Source of the DNA: a virus
IMG/VR virus record: IMGVR_UViG_3300048919_000048
Span: 32,001 to 96,000 of that record
DNA: 64,000 nt
Reading direction: 5' to 3' (one strand)
A model generated the notes under the pieces. That model was not told where the DNA came from. It saw only the letters and a list, made by a program, of their open reading frames with translations, and did not search any database. Both the position numbers and the translations under genes were made by a program. Positions 1 to 8,931 of this stretch are shown piece by piece; the first letter of the stretch is position 1, and each line of letters opens with the position of its first letter.

Positions 1-192
1 AAGGGTGGGGATGTGTATTTCGCCATCCGGGAGGAGGGAGGCACCAAGCTCCCAACCTTGAACAAAAAGTTCCAGTTGTTCAAGGAACTTGAAAATGCAG
101 AAAGGTTCAGAAAAGAGTTGCAACGCGATAATCCTCATGTTACATTGGAGATCGTGGTTGCAAGAGCATTTTACTCATTCCCGGAGGTATAA
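1..192 (+). CDS. Hypothetical protein, 5'-truncated by window edge
   Basis: Open frame 1 (KGGDVYFAIR...FPEV*); stop overlaps next ATG (TAATG). Confidence 0.7.
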   Translation, partial: KGGDVYFAIREEGGTKLPTLNKKFQLFKELENAERFRKELQRDNPHVTLEIVVARAFYSFPEV

Positions 193-422
193 TGAAAATT
201 AACGAGCCAGAACGTATCAATCTGCGTCTGTCCAATGCGCCAAAAACCAACGAACCGGACAAGCGCCTTATCGGCTTTGTGATCGACAAGGATGAGTTGG
301 AATGCATGGGGCTGTTCTCCGACACACTGGAGAAATATTGTGTCTTGCTGCTGCAATCGCGTGGCTACAAGGTGAATAAGAAAAAGGTCAATGACCGTTT
401 AACTATTGAGGGGACAGAATGA
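192..422 (+). CDS. Hypothetical protein
   Basis: GGAGG RBS; coupled overlaps at both ends. Confidence 0.8.
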   Translation: MKINEPERINLRLSNAPKTNEPDKRLIGFVIDKDELECMGLFSDTLEKYCVLLLQSRGYKVNKKKVNDRLTIEGTE

Positions 423-691
423 AACGTACACGTTTGGTATTGATGGCGGCGCTGATGGGCTTTGCCTTGGCTGGCTGTGATGCCGTCACCAAAGAAAAAA
501 CTGAGAACTACATCATGCCAAAAGACTTGGCAGATAAGTCTTGCAAGGTCTACCGTATGGAAGGTGAAGGTGGCAACCAAACCCTGACGGTCGTATACTG
601 CCCCGGCGCACAGGTGACCACCAGTACGTACCAGAACAAGCAGAATTACGACACCACCGTGATCGATCGGAGCGTGGACTATGGTTACTGA
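419..691 (+). CDS. Phage lipoprotein
   Basis: Basic N-terminus, hydrophobic core, LAGC lipobox. Confidence 0.8.
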   Translation: MKRTRLVLMAALMGFALAGCDAVTKEKTENYIMPKDLADKSCKVYRMEGEGGNQTLTVVYCPGAQVTTSTYQNKQNYDTTVIDRSVDYGY

Positions 692-962
692 AGAGATCGA
701 ACTGGATCATCTGGGACTTTACTTCGGGAAAGAACTCTGTCAGCATGATCGCTGGGCGATAAAGAATTTCGGGATGCCGAAATACCGTTGCGGTACGCCA
801 GTGGCTATCTGCGGCGGAGACTCCTCTACAGAGGGTCATGAGTTTGTAGTGGAAGGGATGTTTTGGTCGGACTTACTTCACTCTTGGGTGTATTATGTCC
901 CGACGTACAATTTCTATCAATGTGAGTCTGATCTAAGGGAGACCTATGGAAGCTTTAATTAA
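681..962 (+). CDS. Hypothetical protein
   Basis: Tiles operon; GGAG upstream. Confidence 0.75.
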   Translation: MVTEEIELDHLGLYFGKELCQHDRWAIKNFGMPKYRCGTPVAICGGDSSTEGHEFVVEGMFWSDLLHSWVYYVPTYNFYQCESDLRETYGSFN

Positions 963-1209
963 TTTCTTCACCATCACCCCGCCTGAAGCACTGCTGTTTG
1001 TTCTGACGTTCGGCGTTATTGGCATCGCCATCGGTTGGGTAAATGAAGTGTTTGCGACAGCTCGTCGTATTCGCTACCTGTTCAGCCCGGCAACACGGGG
1101 TCTGTTCACCTGGCACACGGCGGTGTGGATGCCTGTGCGCCTGTTCGTGATTGTTATCCTCCCGCAAGTCCTCTTCCAATTATTCACCGAAGTATTAAAA
1201 TTCGGTTGA
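946..1209 (+). CDS. Small membrane protein
   Basis: GGGGAG RBS; two hydrophobic segments. Confidence 0.75.
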   Translation: MEALINFFTITPPEALLFVLTFGVIGIAIGWVNEVFATARRIRYLFSPATRGLFTWHTAVWMPVRLFVIVILPQVLFQLFTEVLKFG

Positions 1210-1240
1210 CAGTAAGAAACGGGGCCTGTAATATGGCCCC
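1206..1240 (+). promoter_or_regulatory. Sigma70-type promoter with -10 inside GGGGCC/GGCCCC inverted repeat
   Basis: TTGACA(1206-1211)-17 bp-TAATAT(1229-1234). Confidence 0.75.
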
Positions 1241-1266
1241 ATACCAACACAAATGAGGAAACACCA

Positions 1267-2424
1267 ATGAACAATTACAAATCCCAAGGTCAGACTTTCG
1301 AAGAAGCCCGTGCAAACATGGACGAAGGTATCTTTGTCGAAGACCCATTCTTCAAGAATCACTTGGAAAATATTCGCAAGCAGCGTGAGATGGGCTTGGG
1401 ATTTGATATGGACAAGGTGAAGGAGATTGTCGGATGGGCCTGTGATTTTGGTTGTGACAGCCCTCAGGCTGTACGCAGGGCTATTCTTGACATGGACCAA
1501 CTCCGGGCTGTACACGGTGCAAAAACTGAAGTCCAAGCCGATCAGTTAATGGACATGATCACCATGCTTCCACCACACACGGCAGCGGATGGCGAGTTTG
1601 TTTCCTTCGAGGTACTGAAAGGCCGCAGCCCAACCGGGCGTTTGGAGTACCAGTTCCTGCCGGATCTGCACCAGATGCCGCGCGTGAACAAGACGTATAT
1701 GCCACCAAAAGAGGGTGATGCCTTTATCTGTATGGAGAGTGAGATCGATTGGTCTCGTTTGGAGCAACTTTGCAAGGCGGATGTTCCACGCCCGGACCTG
1801 CATATTTCCGGAGACGACCCGGCTATTAAGGCACGTAAGCATCCGATGATCTTCAAGATCACCGACTTGGTGGAAGAAGAACAAGAGATGAAGCGCCTGC
1901 AAGAGACCTTAGAACGCAACAAGCAGACTGAAGAGATGATAGGCTGGCCTGCTCCGCCTATGTTCATCGAAGCAATCCCCGATGCCAACATTGTAGCCCG
2001 GGCGGCAGCAGATGTAATGTCTGAGTTGACAGCGCTCGCAAGAAAGTATAAAGTGCAGATCTACTTCGGCACCAAGCCCGCATTAAAGACAGCCTTGTAC
2101 TCTTTGATGTACGGTGCCAAGAAAGAAGACCTCGACATGTCGCAGCTTGACGAGATCTCTGTGGAGAAGGCCATAGAGATGTATGAAAGCAAGCTCCGCA
2201 AGGTTGCTATTGTAGGTGGCGGCGGACTTGGTTTTGGGAAGATGGCGAAGCTGTTAGCTGACCACTACAGTTCAGAAACAGTCTGTATTGATTCTATGGA
2301 TACGTGGAACCTGGAAGATTTCTTCGCTATCTCTAAGATAGATAAACCTGCCCGTGATTGGGAGCAAAGCAAGCTCCGTCGTGGAAAGGGTCACAACAAA
2401 TTTAAACGTAAGGGGAAGAAATAA
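1267..2424 (+). CDS. Hypothetical protein with degenerate family-A DNA polymerase-like motifs
   Basis: GAGGA RBS; TGRL...PDLHQMP, DWSRLE, KTALYSLMYGA, ISVEKA; basic C-terminal tail. Confidence 0.8.
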   Translation: MNNYKSQGQTFEEARANMDEGIFVEDPFFKNHLENIRKQREMGLGFDMDKVKEIVGWACDFGCDSPQAVRRAILDMDQLRAVHGAKTEVQADQLMDMITMLPPHTAADGEFVSFEVLKGRSPTGRLEYQFLPDLHQMPRVNKTYMPPKEGDAFICMESEIDWSRLEQLCKADVPRPDLHISGDDPAIKARKHPMIFKITDLVEEEQEMKRLQETLERNKQTEEMIGWPAPPMFIEAIPDANIVARAAADVMSELTALARKYKVQIYFGTKPALKTALYSLMYGAKKEDLDMSQLDEISVEKAIEMYESKLRKVAIVGGGGLGFGKMAKLLADHYSSETVCIDSMDTWNLEDFFAISKIDKPARDWEQSKLRRGKGHNKFKRKGKK

Positions 2425-2669
2425 TGGAAAAGTATCTCGAAGTTGAAGAGAACACCGAGTTCTACCATGGTCGTGCAGAAGTGATGGAATCCCTGTGCAA
2501 TCCCGGCATGGTCTTGATTCAACTGTGGATGAATGACAAGACAGACGGTTCCCGTGACAGTGCGGGTATCCGCCTGACCCGTGAGCAGGCCCGCCAGGTA
2601 GCCAACCACCTGAATGACCTGGCAGATAACCTGTTTTTTGAGGAGCAGAGATCCCATGGAAATGAATGA
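2424..2669 (+). CDS. Hypothetical protein
   Basis: TAATG coupling. Confidence 0.8.
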   Translation: MEKYLEVEENTEFYHGRAEVMESLCNPGMVLIQLWMNDKTDGSRDSAGIRLTREQARQVANHLNDLADNLFFEEQRSHGNE

Positions 2670-2862
2670 TTTTGTTGGTAAGCCACTTGCAATCGACGAC
2701 GAAGTGGTGTTTACTGAATACAACCGTCACGGGATGACCCGTGGCAAGATTGTCGGCTTCTCGAAGTCTTTGCACATGGCGATCATCGAGTACATCTCTG
2801 AAGGCGGTGCGGTTCGCAAGACAAAGAAAACTTCGGGCTACGTAGTGAGGGTGGTGAAATGA
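2656..2862 (+). CDS. Small SH3/KOW-like hypothetical protein
   Basis: GAGGAG RBS; NDFVGKPLAIDDEVVF pattern. Confidence 0.7.
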   Translation: MEMNDFVGKPLAIDDEVVFTEYNRHGMTRGKIVGFSKSLHMAIIEYISEGGAVRKTKKTSGYVVRVVK

Positions 2863-3065
2863 GTAAGGCTCAGATTTTGTTTTCTGTTAATGACCCGTGG
2901 GGTCATCTCTCAAACAACGACCTGAACTTTGAAAATCATGCCCGTCTTAAAAACGGGGATATTTACCCAAATAAATTTTTCCCACGAGGGAAAAGCTATT
3001 GGAATCTATACGCTGTCCAGTGCGACAGCAAGGTAGCCAAAGAGGAGGCTGCACGTTATGACTAA
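2859..3065 (+). CDS. Hypothetical protein
   Basis: ATGA overlap. Confidence 0.7.
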   Translation: MSKAQILFSVNDPWGHLSNNDLNFENHARLKNGDIYPNKFFPRGKSYWNLYAVQCDSKVAKEEAARYD

Positions 3066-3795
3066 AGAGCAAATCAAACCATATCCGAAAGAGCGCCCAA
3101 CGATCCGTTCCGAAATGACAGGTTCCGGCTGTGATCGTGTTATTCAGGAACATCCAGCATACGGTCGAATCACCCTGACGCATCCTTCAGGTGGTAATAC
3201 GGAGATGTTCGGTTCAGACATCGTCCATAACGAGCGCATAGCGCTCCGTATTGACCTCGCGTATGAAGAGACGGCGTATGGTATTCCTAACTACCGGAGC
3301 CAGCCACAGAGCCGTGGAGGCCGTGTGCTGGAACTGGAACTGACGGCGTACCAATGGGCGGGTCTGGTTGCATCCCACAGTGGTAATGGTGTACCATGCA
3401 CCTTGCGGTACATTACTCCGCACGGTAAGGGCAATCTTCCGCTTATTGATGGGCAGAACACCAGTACCGAGCAGGCCAATCGTGAGGTTGAGGCATCCCT
3501 CAAGGTCATGATGAAGCGACATGCGGAGGGCCTTGAAGTCCTTTCGGCACTGATTGCTAAGGGCAAGGCCAACAAGGGTGAGTTGCAGGCAGCGATGGAG
3601 AAGTTCCAGAACATCCATGCCAAGCTGCCAGAGGTTACTGCGTATGCACTCCACACCTTTACCGAGCACTCTGAGACGGTGATGGCCCGTGCCAATGCAG
3701 AGATCGAGGCGTCAATCAACAGCCTGATCCAGCGTACCGGGATGAAGGCCCTCGGCATGAAGCCGCTGGCACTGGAGGACAAATCTGATGAATAA
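3058..3795 (+). CDS. Phage hypothetical protein
   Basis: GAGGAGG RBS; 245 aa; HPAYG...FGSD..H motif and helical C-half. Confidence 0.85.
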   Translation: MTKEQIKPYPKERPTIRSEMTGSGCDRVIQEHPAYGRITLTHPSGGNTEMFGSDIVHNERIALRIDLAYEETAYGIPNYRSQPQSRGGRVLELELTAYQWAGLVASHSGNGVPCTLRYITPHGKGNLPLIDGQNTSTEQANREVEASLKVMMKRHAEGLEVLSALIAKGKANKGELQAAMEKFQNIHAKLPEVTAYALHTFTEHSETVMARANAEIEASINSLIQRTGMKALGMKPLALEDKSDE

Positions 3796-3991
3796 GTCAC
3801 AGATTGTCCAGAAAATGTTGCTGGAATTGCAGAGTTCCGGTATGAATATGGTGGTGGACACCGCCGCTGTTAAGGATTCGTTGGTAATCAGCGTGTCCGG
3901 CGACCAAGGGGCGTTGTTTTTCCGCACGGCGGAAGGCTCTGTCTTAGTATCGGCTGAGATTCAAGACGTTCGTTTTGAGGAGGTCGAATGA
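3788..3991 (+). CDS. Hypothetical protein
   Basis: GGAGG RBS; overlap. Confidence 0.75.
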   Translation: MNKSQIVQKMLLELQSSGMNMVVDTAAVKDSLVISVSGDQGALFFRTAEGSVLVSAEIQDVRFEEVE

Positions 3992-4332
3992 CAGATTGGG
4001 CTACAGTAGAGGATCTGCTGACCCGGATCGATGCCAAGATCCACGGTATCAGTAACGACGAAGAGGACGTGGAGTTCGAGCTTCGTGAGGTTATGGATCT
4101 CCGTGGGGCGTTTGAGGGAGTTCGACATGAGCTTTATAACGTCCGTGTCTGCGGTATGCCGGGATTCACCCGTGGGGACTTTGTCCGCGATAAGTTCAAC
4201 GGTAAGTCTTTCTACGTGACAGATGCGGAAGTGTCTGAAGGCACAGACGGGTACGAGTGGTTCTATCGTAGCGGGTTCTATTTCATCCCGCAATCGGATC
4301 TGGAATTGGTAAAACCAAGGGGCGTTGTATGA
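3988..4332 (+). CDS. Hypothetical protein
   Basis: GAGGAGG RBS; ATGA overlap. Confidence 0.8.
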   Translation: MTDWATVEDLLTRIDAKIHGISNDEEDVEFELREVMDLRGAFEGVRHELYNVRVCGMPGFTRGDFVRDKFNGKSFYVTDAEVSEGTDGYEWFYRSGFYFIPQSDLELVKPRGVV

Positions 4333-4448
4333 CGGTGAAGTCTGTAAAGCAACAAAATTGCCAGCATAAGTTCATCACCACCGGGAGTGTCCACGCTTTT
4401 GTTCGTGAATGCACAAAATGCGGCTGGTACGAAGTCTGCGTGGGGTGA
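4329..4448 (+). CDS. Small Cys/His-rich protein (39 aa, not in ORF track)
   Basis: ATGA overlap; CQH...CTKC; fills operon gap. Confidence 0.55.
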   Translation: MTVKSVKQQNCQHKFITTGSVHAFVRECTKCGWYEVCVG

Positions 4449-4451
4449 TCG

Positions 4452-4667
4452 ATGTACGTTTATGCACACGATATAAAGTGTGGAGACACTTTCCGGTACG
4501 CATGTGACTGGGATATACTCGGAAAAGCTATCATGAGCCATCCTATTTTGGCAAGTGATGACGCAATTGTGATCGGGACTCAGGTAATGATCCCGTTCGG
4601 CGGTGATGAGGGTCGTACTTTCATGGCCTGTTTTGGTGACAAAGTGGAGAAAATTGATGTTGAATAA
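4452..4667 (+). CDS. Hypothetical protein
   Basis: GGGG RBS; tiles operon. Confidence 0.7.
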   Translation: MYVYAHDIKCGDTFRYACDWDILGKAIMSHPILASDDAIVIGTQVMIPFGGDEGRTFMACFGDKVEKIDVE

Positions 4668-4971
4668 TAATGGCACCACCCTGATGTTTGCGATTGACGA
4701 TACTGCCGCCGGGCATAACGTTCCGTCAATGCCCCTGGGGACGACTGATGCGGGTGATACCATTCTGGCTAAGGCGGTGTTCGCCGACGAGCCAAGCGCC
4801 CAACTGATGGCTAATCACATGGACAAACAGCCGGGTGCTTTCCCGGGCCGCTTTGCGGTGGTTCCTGTAGAGATCTGGCGTCCAACCGACATCGAGATCT
4901 ATGTTCGTGAGCGCCTGCGTGAAGCGAAGAAAGAAGAAGGTCCTAAACTGGTTCTGCCGGGGAGCATCTAA
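4657..4971 (+). CDS. Hypothetical protein
   Basis: GGAG RBS before ATG 4657. Confidence 0.75.
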   Translation: MLNNNGTTLMFAIDDTAAGHNVPSMPLGTTDAGDTILAKAVFADEPSAQLMANHMDKQPGAFPGRFAVVPVEIWRPTDIEIYVRERLREAKKEEGPKLVLPGSI

Positions 4972-5156
4972 TGCACAACATCGAGGTTACGAAAGAAGAC
5001 TTCGCTGCCCTGGTGAAGCAATTCACAGGTGCATCTGGCTGGCGACGTTCCAACGGCAAAGGCTCTTTCAACGCTAACCATCCAAGCGATGACAAGCGCC
5101 GTAAGCTGAAGTATGGTGACATTACCTTCATCGAGAAGGTTGACACCGAAGAGTAA
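4971..5156 (+). CDS. Hypothetical protein
   Basis: GGGGAG RBS; TAATG coupling. Confidence 0.75.
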   Translation: MHNIEVTKEDFAALVKQFTGASGWRRSNGKGSFNANHPSDDKRRKLKYGDITFIEKVDTEE

Positions 5157-5199
5157 GTCATGTAATCTGCCCTCATTGGAAACAGAGAGGGCTTTTTAG

Positions 5200-5649
5200 A
5201 TGAAATTTACGATTGAAGATTTTGATGTGACAGTGCAATTTGGTCGTCCAGAGATTCAGTATCTCAAAGGTGAGGATGGTCAATATCGTGTGGTGCATTT
5301 CTATGCCCCGGAAGCACTGATCCATCCGGCGTTCAAGAAGGAGTTCGAGGAGTATGTAGTTAAGTGCATCAAGATGCACATGAACAAGGTAAACATGAGC
5401 AAGTATTTGCCTAATGGACAACCTGTTTCTCACTACATTCCGCCCAGAATCATCACTTCGGGGTATTCCGCTTATGAGTTCCGTAAGCAGATCGAGGCCC
5501 GTGTTGGTGATATCGAGGAGGCGAAGGAGGCCTGGGACTACAACAGAGCGCCAGCGGGAGCGGTGGCAACAGGGAGGTTTGGTGACCTGAAGGCATTCTT
5601 GGAGATGCGGACAGGTCGTGAACTGAACATGACTGGGGATGGGAAATGA
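5200..5649 (+). CDS. Hypothetical protein
   Basis: GAGAGG RBS; 149 aa. Confidence 0.8.
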   Translation: MKFTIEDFDVTVQFGRPEIQYLKGEDGQYRVVHFYAPEALIHPAFKKEFEEYVVKCIKMHMNKVNMSKYLPNGQPVSHYIPPRIITSGYSAYEFRKQIEARVGDIEEAKEAWDYNRAPAGAVATGRFGDLKAFLEMRTGRELNMTGDGK

Positions 5650-6023
5650 GCAGACGACCGGAGTACAAACCAACCGACTACCGATACCAAGAAGAGATCG
5701 ACAAAAGCTGGAACCCACAACTGAAATGGGGTGATGACTTCTGGGTCTTTAACCAAAAAACGGGGAATGTCTGGGGTCCGTACAAATTCAGCCACTACAC
5801 CTTCCTCGGGGCTGTGGGTTGGTGTGATGTTGGGTATAAGTCTTCCATCAAGGTACGCTACAGCAAAGGTGATATTGTGTGCGCCACCGAGGCTATTGCC
5901 ATTGGTCGCCAACTCATGGAGAAAGCCCGAGAGTGGTCCCGTACCACTTTGAGGGCAGAGGAATTGAAAAGGGAGGTTGAAGAACTGTCCCGTAAATTGA
6001 AGGAGGTTGAAGGTGGAGCATGA
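5646..6023 (+). CDS. Hypothetical protein with coiled-coil C-terminus
   Basis: ATGA overlap. Confidence 0.8.
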   Translation: MSRRPEYKPTDYRYQEEIDKSWNPQLKWGDDFWVFNQKTGNVWGPYKFSHYTFLGAVGWCDVGYKSSIKVRYSKGDIVCATEAIAIGRQLMEKAREWSRTTLRAEELKREVEELSRKLKEVEGGA

Positions 6024-6189
6024 TGAATTCGAAGTCATTCAGACACTTGTGACCTTGGCAAGGTCTGGTGCCTACCGCAAGAAAGAGCCACTCTTCGAGA
6101 GGATGTATGAACTCTTTCCCGAACTTACCGAAAAACAACTCCACAAGGCCGTAGGCCGGGCCTTTGGAAACACTTATCTGGAGGGTTAA
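6013..6189 (+). CDS. Hypothetical protein
   Basis: AGGAGG at 6001-6006 then GTG. Confidence 0.65.
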   Translation: MEHDEFEVIQTLVTLARSGAYRKKEPLFERMYELFPELTEKQLHKAVGRAFGNTYLEG

Positions 6190-6437
6190 TGGACGAATTA
6201 GAGAATTTCAATGAGGTGGCGGACCGGGTGGAAAAAGAACTCCACGGAGATGTCAAGATCATCATTGACAAGAATTGGGATGACACTTGGCATGTTGAGG
6301 TCCAAGAACGTTCTGATGAAGAGGACGAAGAAGACTGGGCGTGTAACTGCATAGACGGCTGGTTCACCATAAACGAGAAGCGAGACTGCAAGTCCCCTGA
6401 CGAGGCGGCGCAGTGGTTGGAGGGTCAATACTTATGA
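6189..6437 (+). CDS. Small highly acidic protein
   Basis: GGAGGG RBS; D/E-rich (SDEEDEED). Confidence 0.75.
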   Translation: MDELENFNEVADRVEKELHGDVKIIIDKNWDDTWHVEVQERSDEEDEEDWACNCIDGWFTINEKRDCKSPDEAAQWLEGQYL

Positions 6438-6655
6438 GCGTATCATTAGAAAAGTATGCAGAGAAGGAGCGTTTCGACCGCGGCGCTCGTGATTACCTCG
6501 CTGTCGGGTATGTTGAAGAGGATCGTGACGCAGACTTCCCGTGGAAGGCTGTCCGGACCGGGGGCCATGAAAGCTGGCACTCTTCCTATGCTGAAGCCTG
6601 GCAAGAGGTGGCGAAGGGCTTGGTTCCTCCGTCTACAGTCTACACTTTACCGTGA
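6434..6655 (+). CDS. Hypothetical protein
   Basis: ATGA overlap. Confidence 0.7.
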   Translation: MSVSLEKYAEKERFDRGARDYLAVGYVEEDRDADFPWKAVRTGGHESWHSSYAEAWQEVAKGLVPPSTVYTLP

Positions 6656-6662
6656 GGTGACC

Positions 6663-6878
6663 ATGTTTATTTACCTGAACCAACTGAACGGGGATGCCCC
6701 GATCTGTATTGATGTGAACAACGTGTCCCACTTCCACCCGGAGACCATTCAACTGGAATCTGGGCAGGAGATGCATGGGACACTTGTTAATCTATACCGT
6801 GGGGAGCCGTGGATCGTGAGGCAATCCTGCTACAACGTTCATGTGATGTGCCAAAAAGCGAAGCGGGGTGAACTTTAA
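6663..6878 (+). CDS. Hypothetical protein
   Basis: GAGGTG RBS. Confidence 0.7.
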   Translation: MFIYLNQLNGDAPICIDVNNVSHFHPETIQLESGQEMHGTLVNLYRGEPWIVRQSCYNVHVMCQKAKRGEL

Positions 6879-6879
6879 T

Positions 6880-7422
6880 ATGCCTTGTGGTAAAATACGG
6901 TACAAGGTTGGTGACCTGATCACTGCGGCACAGACCGGGGAGGTGAATGTCATCGCTCACGGCTGTAACTGCATGAACACCATGAAGTCGGGTATTGCCC
7001 CAAAAATTGCGTCGGCTTTCCCTGAAGCCTTTGCGGCGGACCAGATGACTACCCGTGGATCTCGGGACAAGTTGGGGACTTTATCCTCGGCCTTCTCTAA
7101 AAACGGCCTGTTGGTTTATAATCTGTACAGTCAGTACACCTTCACTGGTCGTAAAGAAGGCAAGATGGACCTTGATTATTGGGCGCTGCGTTCAGCTTTG
7201 ATGGGGATGGCTGTATCTCTCCATGCAAAATGCCGTATCTTGGACATATCTACTCACGACGTGAAGATCGGGCTACCAAAAATTGGGGCTGGACTTGCCG
7301 GGGGTGATTGGAATATTATCTACCGAATGATCGAAGGTTGCCTGCAAGACTTCGACGTGACCATCTACGTTCTAAAGGAGAGTGAAATTGTCAATCACCA
7401 AGATGGCGGAGTTTGCCCGTAA
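6880..7422 (+). CDS. Macrodomain (Appr-1''-p processing / ADP-ribose-binding) protein
   Basis: GDLI...IAHGCNC...M.SGIA..I...FP and PKIGAGLAGGDW motifs. Confidence 0.9.
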   Translation: MPCGKIRYKVGDLITAAQTGEVNVIAHGCNCMNTMKSGIAPKIASAFPEAFAADQMTTRGSRDKLGTLSSAFSKNGLLVYNLYSQYTFTGRKEGKMDLDYWALRSALMGMAVSLHAKCRILDISTHDVKIGLPKIGAGLAGGDWNIIYRMIEGCLQDFDVTIYVLKESEIVNHQDGGVCP

Positions 7423-7783
7423 GTACGGGAAGAAGTACGGCGGGAATCTGTGCCTGGAAGGATGTAAATCTGGGAATCAGGTTCTTAGCCACGAAAAACT
7501 CCCGGACCTTCAGGTCCCGGAGAAGATTGTCACATTGACAGGCTATATCGAGTTCAATGAGGCAAAGCGCCGGAAGACAGGTAAGGAAGGTGCTCAGGTC
7601 CGGACCGGGTACGTAACGGGCCTTGCTGTCCATTCCGGACAGTTGTACGCCATCACTGTGGATTCTGTGTACCGTATTTACGGGCCATGGTATCCCGATG
7701 TGATTAAGAACGATCCTTTCCTCAATTCCCTCTGGGAAGATGTTAAGAAAGGTGTCCTCGCTCAAGCTTCCAAAAAGGCTTGA
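7382..7783 (+). CDS. Hypothetical protein
   Basis: AAGGAG RBS; GTG start. Confidence 0.75.
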   Translation: MKLSITKMAEFARKYGKKYGGNLCLEGCKSGNQVLSHEKLPDLQVPEKIVTLTGYIEFNEAKRRKTGKEGAQVRTGYVTGLAVHSGQLYAITVDSVYRIYGPWYPDVIKNDPFLNSLWEDVKKGVLAQASKKA

Positions 7784-7815
7784 CTTCCAAAGGCTCAGTG
7801 TTAAACTGGGCCTTT
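7780..7815 (+). promoter_or_regulatory. Sigma70-type promoter with -10 inside inverted repeat
   Basis: TTGACT-16 bp-(TG)tTAAACT; AAAGGCTCAG/CTGGGCCTTT arms. Confidence 0.6.
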
Positions 7816-7832
7816 ATTATTTAGGAGTTTGC

Positions 7833-8363
7833 ATGAAGAAGAGCATCGCTGCACTATTCGCAGCCAGCGCTTTATCTTTCGCCCCTGCAACAGCTTTGGC
7901 AAAAGATAACGCACCGAAGAAAAAGCTCGCCCCGGTAGTTCACACTTGCAAGAAGAATGATTCTTCTGTGGATGCGTTGGCCTGTAATATTTATTTCGAG
8001 GCCCGTGGGGAAAATATTAATGGACAGATGGCAGTTGGTTTTGTTACTCTTAACAGGTTGAAGCACGACGGATACCCGGAGTCAGTTAGGAAAGTGGTGT
8101 ACCAATCATCACAGTTCTCTTGGACAATGATGCGTAGCGGGTACGCCGTCCGTGATAAAGATTCTTGGATGGTTGCACAGGATATTGCGAAATTCCTTTA
8201 CAAGATCCGGAACAATGATGTATTGTATAACAAGCTTGACCCAACTCATGGTGCGACCCACTTCCACACGAAGAAAGTCAAACCTTATTGGAGAAAGTTC
8301 TTTACGAGAACAGCCACTATCGGCTACCATGTATTTTACAAACCCAAGGAGATCACCACATGA
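7833..8363 (+). CDS. Cell wall hydrolase (SleB/Hydrolase_2) with signal peptide
   Basis: LACNIYFEARGE, AVGFVTLNR, VVYQSSQFSW, DPTHGATHFH, IGYHVFY; Sec signal ending ALA. Confidence 0.9.
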   Translation: MKKSIAALFAASALSFAPATALAKDNAPKKKLAPVVHTCKKNDSSVDALACNIYFEARGENINGQMAVGFVTLNRLKHDGYPESVRKVVYQSSQFSWTMMRSGYAVRDKDSWMVAQDIAKFLYKIRNNDVLYNKLDPTHGATHFHTKKVKPYWRKFFTRTATIGYHVFYKPKEITT

Positions 8364-8548
8364 GAAACTTATGTATCTGGGCCATCACACTTTTGGCTGT
8401 CTGGATGTACCCGGCACGTTGGGGTGCTAACTACTTCTTCCCTGAAGTTATTGCACAGTTTGGGAGTCAGGTCCCTTGGATAATGGCTTGGGGCGCGGTA
8501 ATGATGTTCTTGTCTCTGGTTATTATGGCATTCATCAGTCACGATTAA
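8360..8548 (+). CDS. Small membrane protein
   Basis: AAGGAG RBS; two hydrophobic segments. Confidence 0.7.
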   Translation: MRNLCIWAITLLAVWMYPARWGANYFFPEVIAQFGSQVPWIMAWGAVMMFLSLVIMAFISHD

Positions 8549-8557
8549 GGGGGTTTT

Positions 8558-8743
8558 ATGGAAGAGAAGACTGTTTTTCTGGTATCGTCCAACGCCGGAT
8601 ATGGCGTAAGCATTCGTGCTAAAGTTGAAGATCCGCAGGCGGCGACGTTGAAAGCGTCCCGTCTCCAAAAGAAAGGCCACACGAATATTGAAATTAGTGA
8701 GGCCCGTATTATCAGCACCACCAAATTTGAGGGTGAAGAGTGA
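8558..8743 (+). CDS. Hypothetical protein
   Basis: AAGGGGG RBS. Confidence 0.7.
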   Translation: MEEKTVFLVSSNAGYGVSIRAKVEDPQAATLKASRLQKKGHTNIEISEARIISTTKFEGEE

Positions 8744-8931
8744 AACAGGTATATCTGACATCTGATTTCAGCGACCGGGATGACCACCCTAAAAAGGGCG
8801 ACATTTTCAAGGTCCTTGATACGGAATATGATGATCACGGATTCGATTACTGTTATCATTGTGAAAGTTTAGGTGACGGGAAACAATACACCCTGTATCC
8901 CGACGAAGTTGAGGAGTTTATTTGTGGCTAA
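8740..8931 (+). CDS. Small acidic SH3-like hypothetical protein
   Basis: GTGA overlap; KKGDIFKV...LYPDEVE. Confidence 0.7.
   Translation: MKQVYLTSDFSDRDDHPKKGDIFKVLDTEYDDHGFDYCYHCESLGDGKQYTLYPDEVEEFICG

Noticed and set aside
2190-2245. Rossmann-like KVAIVGGGGLG in ORF 1267-2424 as evidence of an oxidoreductase
   Set aside because: Too close to the C-terminus to form a full domain.
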